Source: an uncultured delta proteobacterium (GTDB lineage Bacteria; Myxococcota_A; Polyangia; Palsa-1104). From it: 64,000 nt of DNA. Below the pieces are notes generated by a model. The model saw only the letters and a program-made list of their open reading frames with translations, did no database searches and had not been told where the DNA came from. The translations under genes and the position numbers were made by a program. Below, in pieces: positions 49,349 to 57,429 of the stretch (positions within the stretch are counted from its first letter, which is position 1; each line of letters opens with the position of its first letter). The stretch spans positions 160,001 to 224,000 of the forward strand of contig CAWAWS010000006.1 of the NCBI GenBank assembly GCA_963785725.1, in the 5' to 3' direction.

Positions 49349-49360
49349 GTTCGGAATTGG

Positions 49361-49389
49361 CTGGCATAGCTGATTCCACTTGCTATTCT
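49361..49389 (+). promoter_or_regulatory. Putative promoter for the rpmJ-alpha operon
   Basis: CTGGCA-N17-TATTCT with extended TG. Confidence 0.5.
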
Positions 49390-49456
49390 GTTCGGCTCGC
49401 TGTATTGGTGGCGGCCCTGTGAAAACAGGTTTAGGCCGGTTTTTCGGAGTGAACTC

Positions 49457-49570
49457 ATGAAGGTCCGGGCTTCGGTGAAGAAGATTTGTACGAAGTGCAA
49501 AGTGGTGCGCCGCAAGGGCGTCGTGCGCGTCATTTGCGAGAACACGAAGCACAAGCAGAGGCAGGGGTAA
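49457..49570 (+). CDS. rpmJ: 50S ribosomal protein L36
   Basis: [37 protein letters not shown], translated by hand. Confidence 0.97.
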   Translation: MKVRASVKKICTKCKVVRRKGVVRVICENTKHKQRQG

Positions 49571-49960
49571 ATGGCTCGTATCGCCGGCATCGACCTTCCG
49601 CGCAACAAGCGGATGGAGATCGCACTGACTTACATCTACGGGATTGGCAAGACGACTGCTGCCAAGATTCTCGAGACCAGCAAGGTCTCTCCCGATAAGC
49701 GTACTGACGATCTCGATGAGAACGACGCGCGCGTCATCCGCGACGCCATCGAGGCGCTCGGCGTCAAGGTCGAGGGCGATCTTCGTCGTGATACGTCGAT
49801 GAACATCAAGCGCTTGATGGACCTCGGCTGCTACCGCGGCCTGCGCCATCGTAAGGGCCTGCCTGTTCGCGGACAGCGTACGCATACGAACTCGCGCACG
49901 CGCAAAGGTCCGCGCAAGGGTCAGCTCCGTCGCGTCGCGGCTCCCGCGGCGAAGCCGTAA
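49571..49960 (+). CDS. rpsM: 30S ribosomal protein S13
   Basis: [21 protein letters not shown]. Confidence 0.99.
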   Translation: MARIAGIDLPRNKRMEIALTYIYGIGKTTAAKILETSKVSPDKRTDDLDENDARVIRDAIEALGVKVEGDLRRDTSMNIKRLMDLGCYRGLRHRKGLPVRGQRTHTNSRTRKGPRKGQLRRVAAPAAKP

Positions 49961-49969
49961 AGGATCATC

Positions 49970-50350
49970 ATGGCCAAGGCAGCGAAGAAGAAGGTCAAGA
50001 AGAACGTCCAGAGCGGCATCTGCCACATCCAGTCGACGTTCAACAACACCATCGTCACCATCACCGACGTCAGTGGCAACACGGTGTCGTGGTCGTCGGC
50101 GGGCGTTCGTGGTTTCAAGGGTTCGCGTAAGTCGACGCCGTTTGCGGCGCAGCTCGCGGCCGAAGACGCCGCCAAGAAGGCGATGGACCACGGCATGCGC
50201 ACCATCTCGGTGTTCGTGAACGGTCCGGGCTCGGGTCGTGAGTCGGCGCTGCGCGCGCTGCAGGCCGCCGGGTTCAAGATCTCGCTGATTCGCGACGTCA
50301 CGCCGATTCCGCACAACGGCTGCCGTCCGCCCAAGCGCCGCCGCGTCTGA
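49970..50350 (+). CDS. rpsK: 30S ribosomal protein S11
   Basis: [24 protein letters not shown]. Confidence 0.99.
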   Translation: MAKAAKKKVKKNVQSGICHIQSTFNNTIVTITDVSGNTVSWSSAGVRGFKGSRKSTPFAAQLAAEDAAKKAMDHGMRTISVFVNGPGSGRESALRALQAAGFKISLIRDVTPIPHNGCRPPKRRRV

Positions 50351-50386
50351 TCCATTGCTGCTTCTGATCAACTGAGGATTATTTGA

Positions 50387-51016
<630 letters not shown>

Positions 51017-51119
51017 TCAGCACGAAAGTTAGGGACATCGACGGTCCGGCTAGTCCGGCAAGCCGTCCAGGAGCTGCGCACACAGCTTCGCCTTTTCCGT
51101 CAGGAGCAAAGGAGCCCAC

Positions 51120-52139
51120 ATGGCCTCGACGAGCCCCGCAGTGTTCGCCAAGAATTGGCGCGATCTCATCAAGCCGAAGACGCTGGAGATCGAAAAAGAG
51201 ACGCTCACCTCGATGTACGGCAAGTTCAGCTGCGAGCCGCTCGAGCGTGGCTTCGGTACGACGCTGGGCAACAGCCTGCGTCGCGTGCTGCTGTCGTCGC
51301 TGCAGGGCGCCGCGGTCACCGCCGTCAAGATCGACGGCGCGCTCCACGAGTTCCAGACGCTGCCGGACGTCGTCGAAGACGTCACCGACATCGTCCTGAA
51401 CTTGAAGGAAGTCCTCATCAAGATGGATGACCCGAAGCCCAAGGTCATTCGCATCGATAAGGAAGGCGAAGGCAAGGTCACGGCCGGCGACATCTCGGTC
51501 GTCGACGGCGTGCGCATCCTGAATCCCGAGCATCCGATCGCGACGCTGGCGCGCGGCGGCAAGCTGCACATGGAGCTGCTCGTGCAGATGGGTCGCGGCT
51601 ACGTTCCCGCCGAGCGCAACAAGACGGCGACGATGAGCGTCGGCACGATCCCGATCGACGCGCTGTTCGCGCCGGTCAAGAAGGTCAACTACACCGTCAC
51701 GCACGCTCGCGTTGGTCAGCAGACCGACTTCGACAAGCTGACGATCGAAGTGTGGACCGACGGCTCGGTCTCGCCGGAAGACGCGGTCGCGTTCTCGGCG
51801 AAGATCATGAAGGACCAGCTCTCCATCTTCATCAACTTCGAAGAGACGGAAGAGCCGATCGAAGAGACGGTCTCGGAAGAGGCCGCCAAGATGAACGAGA
51901 ACCTCGACAAGTCGGTCGATGAGCTCGAGCTGAGCGTCCGCTCCGCCAACTGCTTGCAGAACGCCAACATCCGTTACATCGGCGAGCTCGTGCAGAAGAC
52001 GGAAGCGGAGATGCTGAAGACCAAGAACTTCGGTCGTAAGTCGCTCAAGGAAATCAAAGAAATCCTGGCCGAGATGGGCCTTAGCCTCGGCATGAAGCTC
52101 GACGGCTGGGTTCCGCCGACGATGCGCGGCAAGGCGTAA
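51120..52139 (+). CDS. rpoA: RNA polymerase alpha subunit
   Basis: [31 protein letters not shown]. Confidence 0.99.
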   Translation: MASTSPAVFAKNWRDLIKPKTLEIEKETLTSMYGKFSCEPLERGFGTTLGNSLRRVLLSSLQGAAVTAVKIDGALHEFQTLPDVVEDVTDIVLNLKEVLIKMDDPKPKVIRIDKEGEGKVTAGDISVVDGVRILNPEHPIATLARGGKLHMELLVQMGRGYVPAERNKTATMSVGTIPIDALFAPVKKVNYTVTHARVGQQTDFDKLTIEVWTDGSVSPEDAVAFSAKIMKDQLSIFINFEETEEPIEETVSEEAAKMNENLDKSVDELELSVRSANCLQNANIRYIGELVQKTEAEMLKTKNFGRKSLKEIKEILAEMGLSLGMKLDGWVPPTMRGKA

Positions 52140-52175
52140 TCGTAACTCGGTTGCACCAGTAAAGAGGACACGGCA

Positions 52176-52760
52176 ATGCGCCATCAGAAATCGGGTCGTA
52201 AATTTTCGCGCAAGTCGGGACCGCGTCATGCGCTCCTGTCGGGTTTGGTGACGTCGCTGATCGAGTACGAGTCGATCAAGACGACCGATGCCAAGGCCAA
52301 AGAGCTGCGCAAGGTCGCCGAGCGGACGATCAGCTGGGCCACGTCGGTCGGCACCATCGTCGGCAAGGAAAAGGCTGACGCGGCGGACAAGGCCAAGATC
52401 GTTCACGCCATGCGCATGGCGCAGCGGATCGTCAAGCACAAGCCGACGCTGCACAAGCTGTTCGAGGAGATCGGTCCGCGTTTGGTCGGTCGTCCGGGCG
52501 GCTTCTTGCGCATCATGAAGCTCGGCTATCGCAACGGCGACGCGGCTCCGGTGTCGATCATCCAGTTCGTCGACCGCGCAGCGCCGGAAGCGGCGCACGA
52601 TGCGACGGCGGACGAGGCGCCGGCGGCCAAGGGCAAGAAGGCGGCGGCGCCCAAGGCTGAAGCGAAGGCGGCGGCGCCGAAGGCGGCCAAGAAGCCGAAG
52701 GCGGAAGCCGCGGGCGAGGCCAAGCCGAAGGCGAAAGCCAAGGCTAAGAAAGACGAGTAG
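52176..52760 (+). CDS. rplQ: 50S ribosomal protein L17 with Ala/Lys/Pro-rich tail
   Basis: [29 protein letters not shown]. Confidence 0.97.
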   Translation: MRHQKSGRKFSRKSGPRHALLSGLVTSLIEYESIKTTDAKAKELRKVAERTISWATSVGTIVGKEKADAADKAKIVHAMRMAQRIVKHKPTLHKLFEEIGPRLVGRPGGFLRIMKLGYRNGDAAPVSIIQFVDRAAPEAAHDATADEAPAAKGKKAAAPKAEAKAAAPKAAKKPKAEAAGEAKPKAKAKAKKDE

Positions 52761-52805
52761 TCCGCCGCTCGGCGAACGCGCCGAGCCGCCATGACGAGCA
52801 CTTCG

Positions 52806-52839
52806 AGCCCCATCGCGAAAGCGGTGGGGCTTTTTTTTT
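52806..52839 (+). terminator. Intrinsic terminator ending the ribosomal superoperon
   Basis: AGCCCCATCGC-GAAA-GCGGTGGGGCT followed by a T run. Confidence 0.9.
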
Positions 52840-52884
52840 GCCCGAAAGTTTGCGTAGCGCCCGTCGCGGGGTTGGAATCAGGCC

Positions 52885-53235
52885 GTGGGGCTGCTCATCG
52901 GGTTGACGCTGGCGTCGGCGGCGCTGTTGGTCGTGTTGCGCCTGGCGGCGCGTTCACCGTCGCTGACGGCGGGCATGCGCGTCGTCGGGCGGCTGACGCT
53001 GGAGCCGCGGCGGTCGATCTATCTGGTCGAGGTCGGTGGTCGCTGCCTGGTGGTGGGCGTGGGCGAGGGGCCGATGGCGCTGCTGAGCGAGCTGCCCGAG
53101 CTTCCGGCGGCGGGGACGACGAACGTCGCGCCGTCCGAGGCGCTGGCGCGGCCGGAGCGGTGCTGGCCGGCCGTCGACGATTGTCGCCGCGCGTGGCGGC
53201 GAGTCATCCACGGCGGCAGCGGAGACGGCGCGTGA
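52885..53235 (+). CDS. fliO: FliO/FliZ-like export-gate assembly factor
   Basis: N-terminal TM then MRVVGRLTLEPRRSIYLVEVGGRCLVVGVGEGPMALLSEL, a FliO-like beta domain. Confidence 0.7.
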   Translation: MGLLIGLTLASAALLVVLRLAARSPSLTAGMRVVGRLTLEPRRSIYLVEVGGRCLVVGVGEGPMALLSELPELPAAGTTNVAPSEALARPERCWPAVDDCRRAWRRVIHGGSGDGA

Positions 53236-53861
53236 AGGACCTGGGCGCCTGGGTGACGCTGCTCGTGGCCGTGCCGTTCGCGATCGTGGTCGCCGGCGCG
53301 TTCCTGAAGTTCGCGGTGGTGCTGGCGATCTTGCGGCGCGCGCTCGGCGGCTCGGCGCTGCCGCCGGCGTCGGTGGCGGCGGGCTTGGCGCTGTTGTTCG
53401 CGCTCTTCGTGACGGCGCCCGTCGCGCAGCGCGTGTGGGACGCAGCGCAGGCGGGCGCGCGCAAGGGAGATGCGACGGCCGCGGCCACGGCAGCCGCCGG
53501 CACGCTCGAGCCCGTGCGCGAGTTCTTGGCGCGCCACGCGCCGGCGCGCGAGCGGCAGAGCTTCCTCGAGCTGCAGCGGCAGCTGCGCCCGGCGGCCGAG
53601 CGCGCGGCGGTGAGCGACACCGATCTCGTCGTGCTGGCGCCGGCGTTCGCGACGGCGGAGCTGAAGTCGGCCTTCGAGATCGGCTTCTTGCTGTTCCTGC
53701 CGTTCCTCGTGATCGAGCTGTTGACGGCGATGGTGCTGACCTCGCTCGGCATGAACACGGTGGCGCCGGAGATGGTGTCGCTGCCGTTCAAGCTGCTGCT
53801 GTTCGTGCTCGCCGACGGTTGGCACCTGCTCTTTCGCGGGCTCATTTTGGGCTACACGTGA
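53232..53861 (+). CDS. fliP: Type III export gate protein SctR/FliP (diverged)
   Basis: FLKFAVVLAILRRALG...PP, PAFATAELKSAFEIGFLLFLPFLVI, SLPFKLLLFVLADGW; GTGA-coupled start at 53232. Confidence 0.92.
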   Translation: MKDLGAWVTLLVAVPFAIVVAGAFLKFAVVLAILRRALGGSALPPASVAAGLALLFALFVTAPVAQRVWDAAQAGARKGDATAAATAAAGTLEPVREFLARHAPARERQSFLELQRQLRPAAERAAVSDTDLVVLAPAFATAELKSAFEIGFLLFLPFLVIELLTAMVLTSLGMNTVAPEMVSLPFKLLLFVLADGWHLLFRGLILGYT

Positions 53862-54124
53862 CGGCGCTGGCGTCGGCGCTGCGCGAGGCGCTGCTGCTGC
53901 TCGTGACGCTGGCGCTGCCGCCGCTCGGCGCCGTGCTGCTCGTGGGCGTGGCGTCGGCGCTGTTGCAGACGGTGACGCAGGTGCGCGAACGGACGCTGTC
54001 GACGGTGCCGCGCATCGCGGCCGCGCTCGTGGCGCTGGCGCTGGCGGGGCCGTGGATCGGCGCGCGGCTGACGGCGTTCATGCGCGCGGTGCTGGAGGCC
54101 GTGCCGTCGCTCGGGCATTCGTGA
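53858..54124 (+). CDS. fliQ: Type III export gate protein SctS/FliQ (diverged)
   Basis: 88 aa, LQTVTQVRERTLSTVPR resembles QAxTQIxEQTLSFxPK; GPW motif; GTGA-coupled. Confidence 0.88.
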   Translation: MTALASALREALLLLVTLALPPLGAVLLVGVASALLQTVTQVRERTLSTVPRIAAALVALALAGPWIGARLTAFMRAVLEAVPSLGHS

Positions 54125-54819
54125 CAGCAGGCACGGTGACGACGGGGACGGCGGCGGCGTTCGCGGCCGCGCGCATGGTGCCGCTGGCGCTGGTGGCGAC
54201 GCCGCTGACGGGCCGCGCGTGGCCGGCGCGCCTCGTGGTCGCGGCGCTGCTCGTCGCCGGCACGACGCCGATCGTGCTGCAGCAGTCGCCGATGACGGGC
54301 TGGACCACGGAGCCGCTCGTCGGGCTGGCGCTCGGGCTCGTCGCGGCGCTGCCGTTCGCGGCGGCCGAGGCGGCGGGCGCGCTCATCGACGCCGGGATCC
54401 AGCCGTGGCGAGCGCGCGCGTCGACGCGCCCGGGGCCGCTGGCGGACGCCTACGCGCTCTTGGCGTTGGCGCTGTTCGCCGCGCTCGACGGTCCGGCGGC
54501 GACGTTGCGCGCGGCGCTCGGCAGCTACGTCGCCTGGCCGTCGGGCGCGCGGCCGACCGATGCGGAGCTGCTGGCGATCGGCGCCCGGCTCGTCGCCACG
54601 GCCGCGGAGCTGGCGGCCCCGGCGTTGGCGGCGCTGCTGCTCGCGGACCTGGCGCTGGCGCTCGTGGCGCGCGCGCAGCCGGCGTTGGCGCGCGCGGTCG
54701 ACGCCGCGCCGTTGCGCACGTTGGCGGCGCTGCTGGTGCTGGCGGGCGGCGTCTACGCGACTGCGCGCGCGCTCGGCCCGTCGCTCGAGGCGGCGGCGAC
54801 GCTGCCTCGGCTGCGCTGA
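54121..54819 (+). CDS. fliR: Type III export gate protein SctT/FliR (highly diverged, Ala-rich)
   Basis: PFAAAEAAGALID, LFAALDG, AAPALAALLLADLALALVARAQPAL; GTGA-coupled. Confidence 0.8.
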   Translation: MTAGTVTTGTAAAFAAARMVPLALVATPLTGRAWPARLVVAALLVAGTTPIVLQQSPMTGWTTEPLVGLALGLVAALPFAAAEAAGALIDAGIQPWRARASTRPGPLADAYALLALALFAALDGPAATLRAALGSYVAWPSGARPTDAELLAIGARLVATAAELAAPALAALLLADLALALVARAQPALARAVDAAPLRTLAALLVLAGGVYATARALGPSLEAAATLPRLR

Positions 54820-54904
54820 ACGCGATGCGTCGTGAACGTTTTGCGCGCTGTCGCGAGGCGTGGCTGCGATCGCGCTATTGCCCATCGTGCTACGCTGACG
54901 ACGG

Positions 54905-55570
54905 ATGCGTCTCGTCGCTGCGATCGGGTTGCTGCTGGTGACCGCGCGCACGACGATGGCCGATCCGCAGCCGCCGCAAACGCCGACCGTCGCGCCCGCG
55001 CCCTGGATCTGGCCCGACGAGGATGACCCGAAGCTGGCGCGCGGCGCCGCGCAACGGCCGCGCGACTGGCTGCACGTCACCCATGACGTCCCGCGCTTTG
55101 CCCTCAGCTATCGACTGCTGTGGACGGCCAGCCTCACCGGCGGCAAGCTGCCCTTCGACGTCGGCGAGCTCGAGTATTTCCCGGTGTCCAACCTGATCCG
55201 CTTCGGCGTCGAGGGCGAGCTCGGCTGGGCCGGCGGCACCTACGGCCAGTGGTACACGCTCTTCGGCGCCACGCTCGGCCTGCAATACCCGGCGCGCGTC
55301 ACGCCGTTCCTCGAGGGCCGCTTCGTCGCCGGCCTCTCTGGCGGCAGCTACCTCGGCCAGAGCGTCTTCAGCTGGATGTACCAAGGCGGCCTCGAAGGCG
55401 GCGCCGAGATCTACTACGCGCGGCGCTTCTACGTGTCGCTCGCCATCGGCTGGGTGCATCCGGTGTATGCGGCCGTCGACGTCGCGGCGCTGATGGAAAA
55501 GCCGGCCAAGATCATCCATAAGAGCCTCAGCGACGACACCTTCACGTTCAAGATCGGGCTCGGCCTATGA
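54905..55570 (+). CDS. Secreted, probable small outer-membrane beta-barrel protein
   Basis: Signal peptide; Gly/aromatic amphipathic strands; ends FTFKIGLGL; ATGA overlap with sctU. Confidence 0.7.
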   Translation: MRLVAAIGLLLVTARTTMADPQPPQTPTVAPAPWIWPDEDDPKLARGAAQRPRDWLHVTHDVPRFALSYRLLWTASLTGGKLPFDVGELEYFPVSNLIRFGVEGELGWAGGTYGQWYTLFGATLGLQYPARVTPFLEGRFVAGLSGGSYLGQSVFSWMYQGGLEGGAEIYYARRFYVSLAIGWVHPVYAAVDVAALMEKPAKIIHKSLSDDTFTFKIGLGL

Positions 55571-56523
55571 GCGGGCCGCTCTCGCCCTCGCCGCGACGGC
55601 TGCGCGAGGCGCGGGCGCGCGGCGACGTGGCGCATGCGCCGCTCTTGTCGACGACGGCGGCGCTGGCGGCGGCGGCGCTGGCGATCGTCTGGACGGCGCC
55701 GTCGGCGGCGGCGCGGCTGGTGGCGTTGGCGCGCGCGGCCTTTGGCGGCGCCGAGTCAGCGACCGCGTTGTCGGCGACGGCGCTGGCGACGCTCGCGCTG
55801 CTGTTCGCGCCTGTCGCCGCGGCGGCTTTCTTGGCGGCGGTCGTCGCCGGCCTCGCGCAAACGCGCTTTGCGCTCGCGTGGGGCGCGCTCGGTCGGCGGA
55901 CGCGCGGTGACGACGAGCCGCTGCCGCTCATTGGCTGGGTGGCGGCCGCGGCGACGGCGTTGGCGGCGTTGACGTGCGCGCGCGCGGCGCTGGCGGCGTT
56001 GGCGCGCAGCGACGGCACGAGCGCGGCGTTGACGGCGGCAGCGACGGCGTTGGCGGCCTTCGTCCCGCGCGCGCTGACGTTGTTGGCGCTCGGCGGCGTC
56101 GGCGAGCTGGTGCTGCGGCAGGCGCGGCTGACGGCGTCGCTGGCGATGACGCGCGCCGAGCGCGAGCGCGAGCGACGCGAGGACGAGGGCGATCCGCGGC
56201 TGCGTGCCGAGCAGCGCCGGCGCCAGCGCGCGCTCGGCCGCGACGGGCTCGCCGACGAGCTGGCGCGCGCGCAGGTCGTCGTCACCGCCGAGGGCGTGGC
56301 GGTGGCGCTGCGCTTCGTCGACGGCGCGGCGCGCGTGGCGGTCGCCTCGGGCGACGATCGCCTGCGCGCCCAGCGGCTGACGGCGATCGCGCGTCGCCTC
56401 GGTCTGCCCGTGCGCGCCGACGACGAGCTGGCGCTGGCCCTGTCGGCGCTGCCGCCCAATAGTCTCCTGACACCACGGTGGCAGCAACGTGCACAGGCGG
56501 CGTTGCGATCGCGTCGACGCTGA
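55567..56523 (+). CDS. flhB: Type III export switch protein SctU/FlhB (diverged, lacks NPTH)
   Basis: PSPRRLREARARGDV, LAMTRAERERERREDEGDP, VVVTAEGVAVALRF. Confidence 0.85.
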   Translation: MSGPLSPSPRRLREARARGDVAHAPLLSTTAALAAAALAIVWTAPSAAARLVALARAAFGGAESATALSATALATLALLFAPVAAAAFLAAVVAGLAQTRFALAWGALGRRTRGDDEPLPLIGWVAAAATALAALTCARAALAALARSDGTSAALTAAATALAAFVPRALTLLALGGVGELVLRQARLTASLAMTRAERERERREDEGDPRLRAEQRRRQRALGRDGLADELARAQVVVTAEGVAVALRFVDGAARVAVASGDDRLRAQRLTAIARRLGLPVRADDELALALSALPPNSLLTPRWQQRAQAALRSRRR

Positions 56524-56538
56524 CGTATCACTCTCGAC

Positions 56539-57429
56539 ATGCAAACGCGCGTTCGCAAAGCGGTCATCCCGGCCGCCGGGCTCGGTACGCGGTTTCTCCC
56601 GGCCACGAAGTCGGTGCCGAAGGAGATGCTGCCCATCGTCGATGTTCCGACCTTGCAGCTCATCGTCGAGGAGGCGGTGGCGGCGGGGATCGAGCAGATC
56701 GTCGTCGTCACCGGTCGCGGCAAGAGCTCGATCGAAGACCACTTCGACATGAGCTACGAGCTCGAGCGCACGCTGCGCGACCGCGGCAAGACCGAGCTGC
56801 TGGCGGGCGTCGAGCGTATCTCGCAGCTGGTGCGGCTGGTGTCGGTGCGACAAAAAGAGCCGCTCGGCCTCGGTCACGCGGTGCTGGTGGCGCGGCAGAT
56901 CATCGGCGACGAGCCGGTCGCGGTGCTGCTCGGCGACGATCTGTTCGACTGCGACGGCCGCCGTCCGGCGATCGGGCAGCTGATGGACGAGTCGGAGCGG
57001 CTCGGCGGCAAAGGCGTCGTGTCGCTGATGGAAGTGCCCGTCGGACAAGAGCAGCTGTACGGCATCGTGTCGGGCAAGCCGGAGGGCGCGCGCGGCTTCA
57101 AGATCGACGACATGGTCGAGAAGCCGGCACCGGGGACGGCGCCGTCGCGGCTGGCGATCGTCGGGCGCTATGTCTTGCCGGCGGAGATCTGGGAGATCTT
57201 GGCGCACACCAAGCCGGGCAAAGGCGGCGAGATTCAGCTGACCGACGCGCTCAAGGAGCTGGCGCAGCGCGGCTCGGGCTGTTACGGGCTGACCGTCGAC
57301 GGCACGCGCCATGATGCCGGCGACAAGCTCGGCTATTTGGGCGCGAACTTGGCGTGGGCCCTCAAGCGCGACGACTTGCGGCCGGGGCTGTTGGCGCTGA
57401 TGCGACGGCTGATCGCAGAGCAGAATTGA
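56539..57429 (+). CDS. galU: UTP-glucose-1-phosphate uridylyltransferase
   Basis: KAVIPAAGLGTRFLPATK..PKEMLP, VEKP, GEIQLTDAL. Confidence 0.97.
   Translation: MQTRVRKAVIPAAGLGTRFLPATKSVPKEMLPIVDVPTLQLIVEEAVAAGIEQIVVVTGRGKSSIEDHFDMSYELERTLRDRGKTELLAGVERISQLVRLVSVRQKEPLGLGHAVLVARQIIGDEPVAVLLGDDLFDCDGRRPAIGQLMDESERLGGKGVVSLMEVPVGQEQLYGIVSGKPEGARGFKIDDMVEKPAPGTAPSRLAIVGRYVLPAEIWEILAHTKPGKGGEIQLTDALKELAQRGSGCYGLTVDGTRHDAGDKLGYLGANLAWALKRDDLRPGLLALMRRLIAEQN

Noticed and set aside
52791..53231. Long N-terminal extension of FliP/SctR in the ORF track (also for fliQ, fliR, fmt, rplL, rpsQ)
   Set aside because: The extensions run through a terminator, upstream genes or repeats; coupled GTGA/ATGA starts give family-typical lengths.
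52885..56523. Evidence that the organism has a flagellum
   Set aside because: Only export-gate genes are present, with no structural flagellar genes; SctR motifs look non-flagellar.
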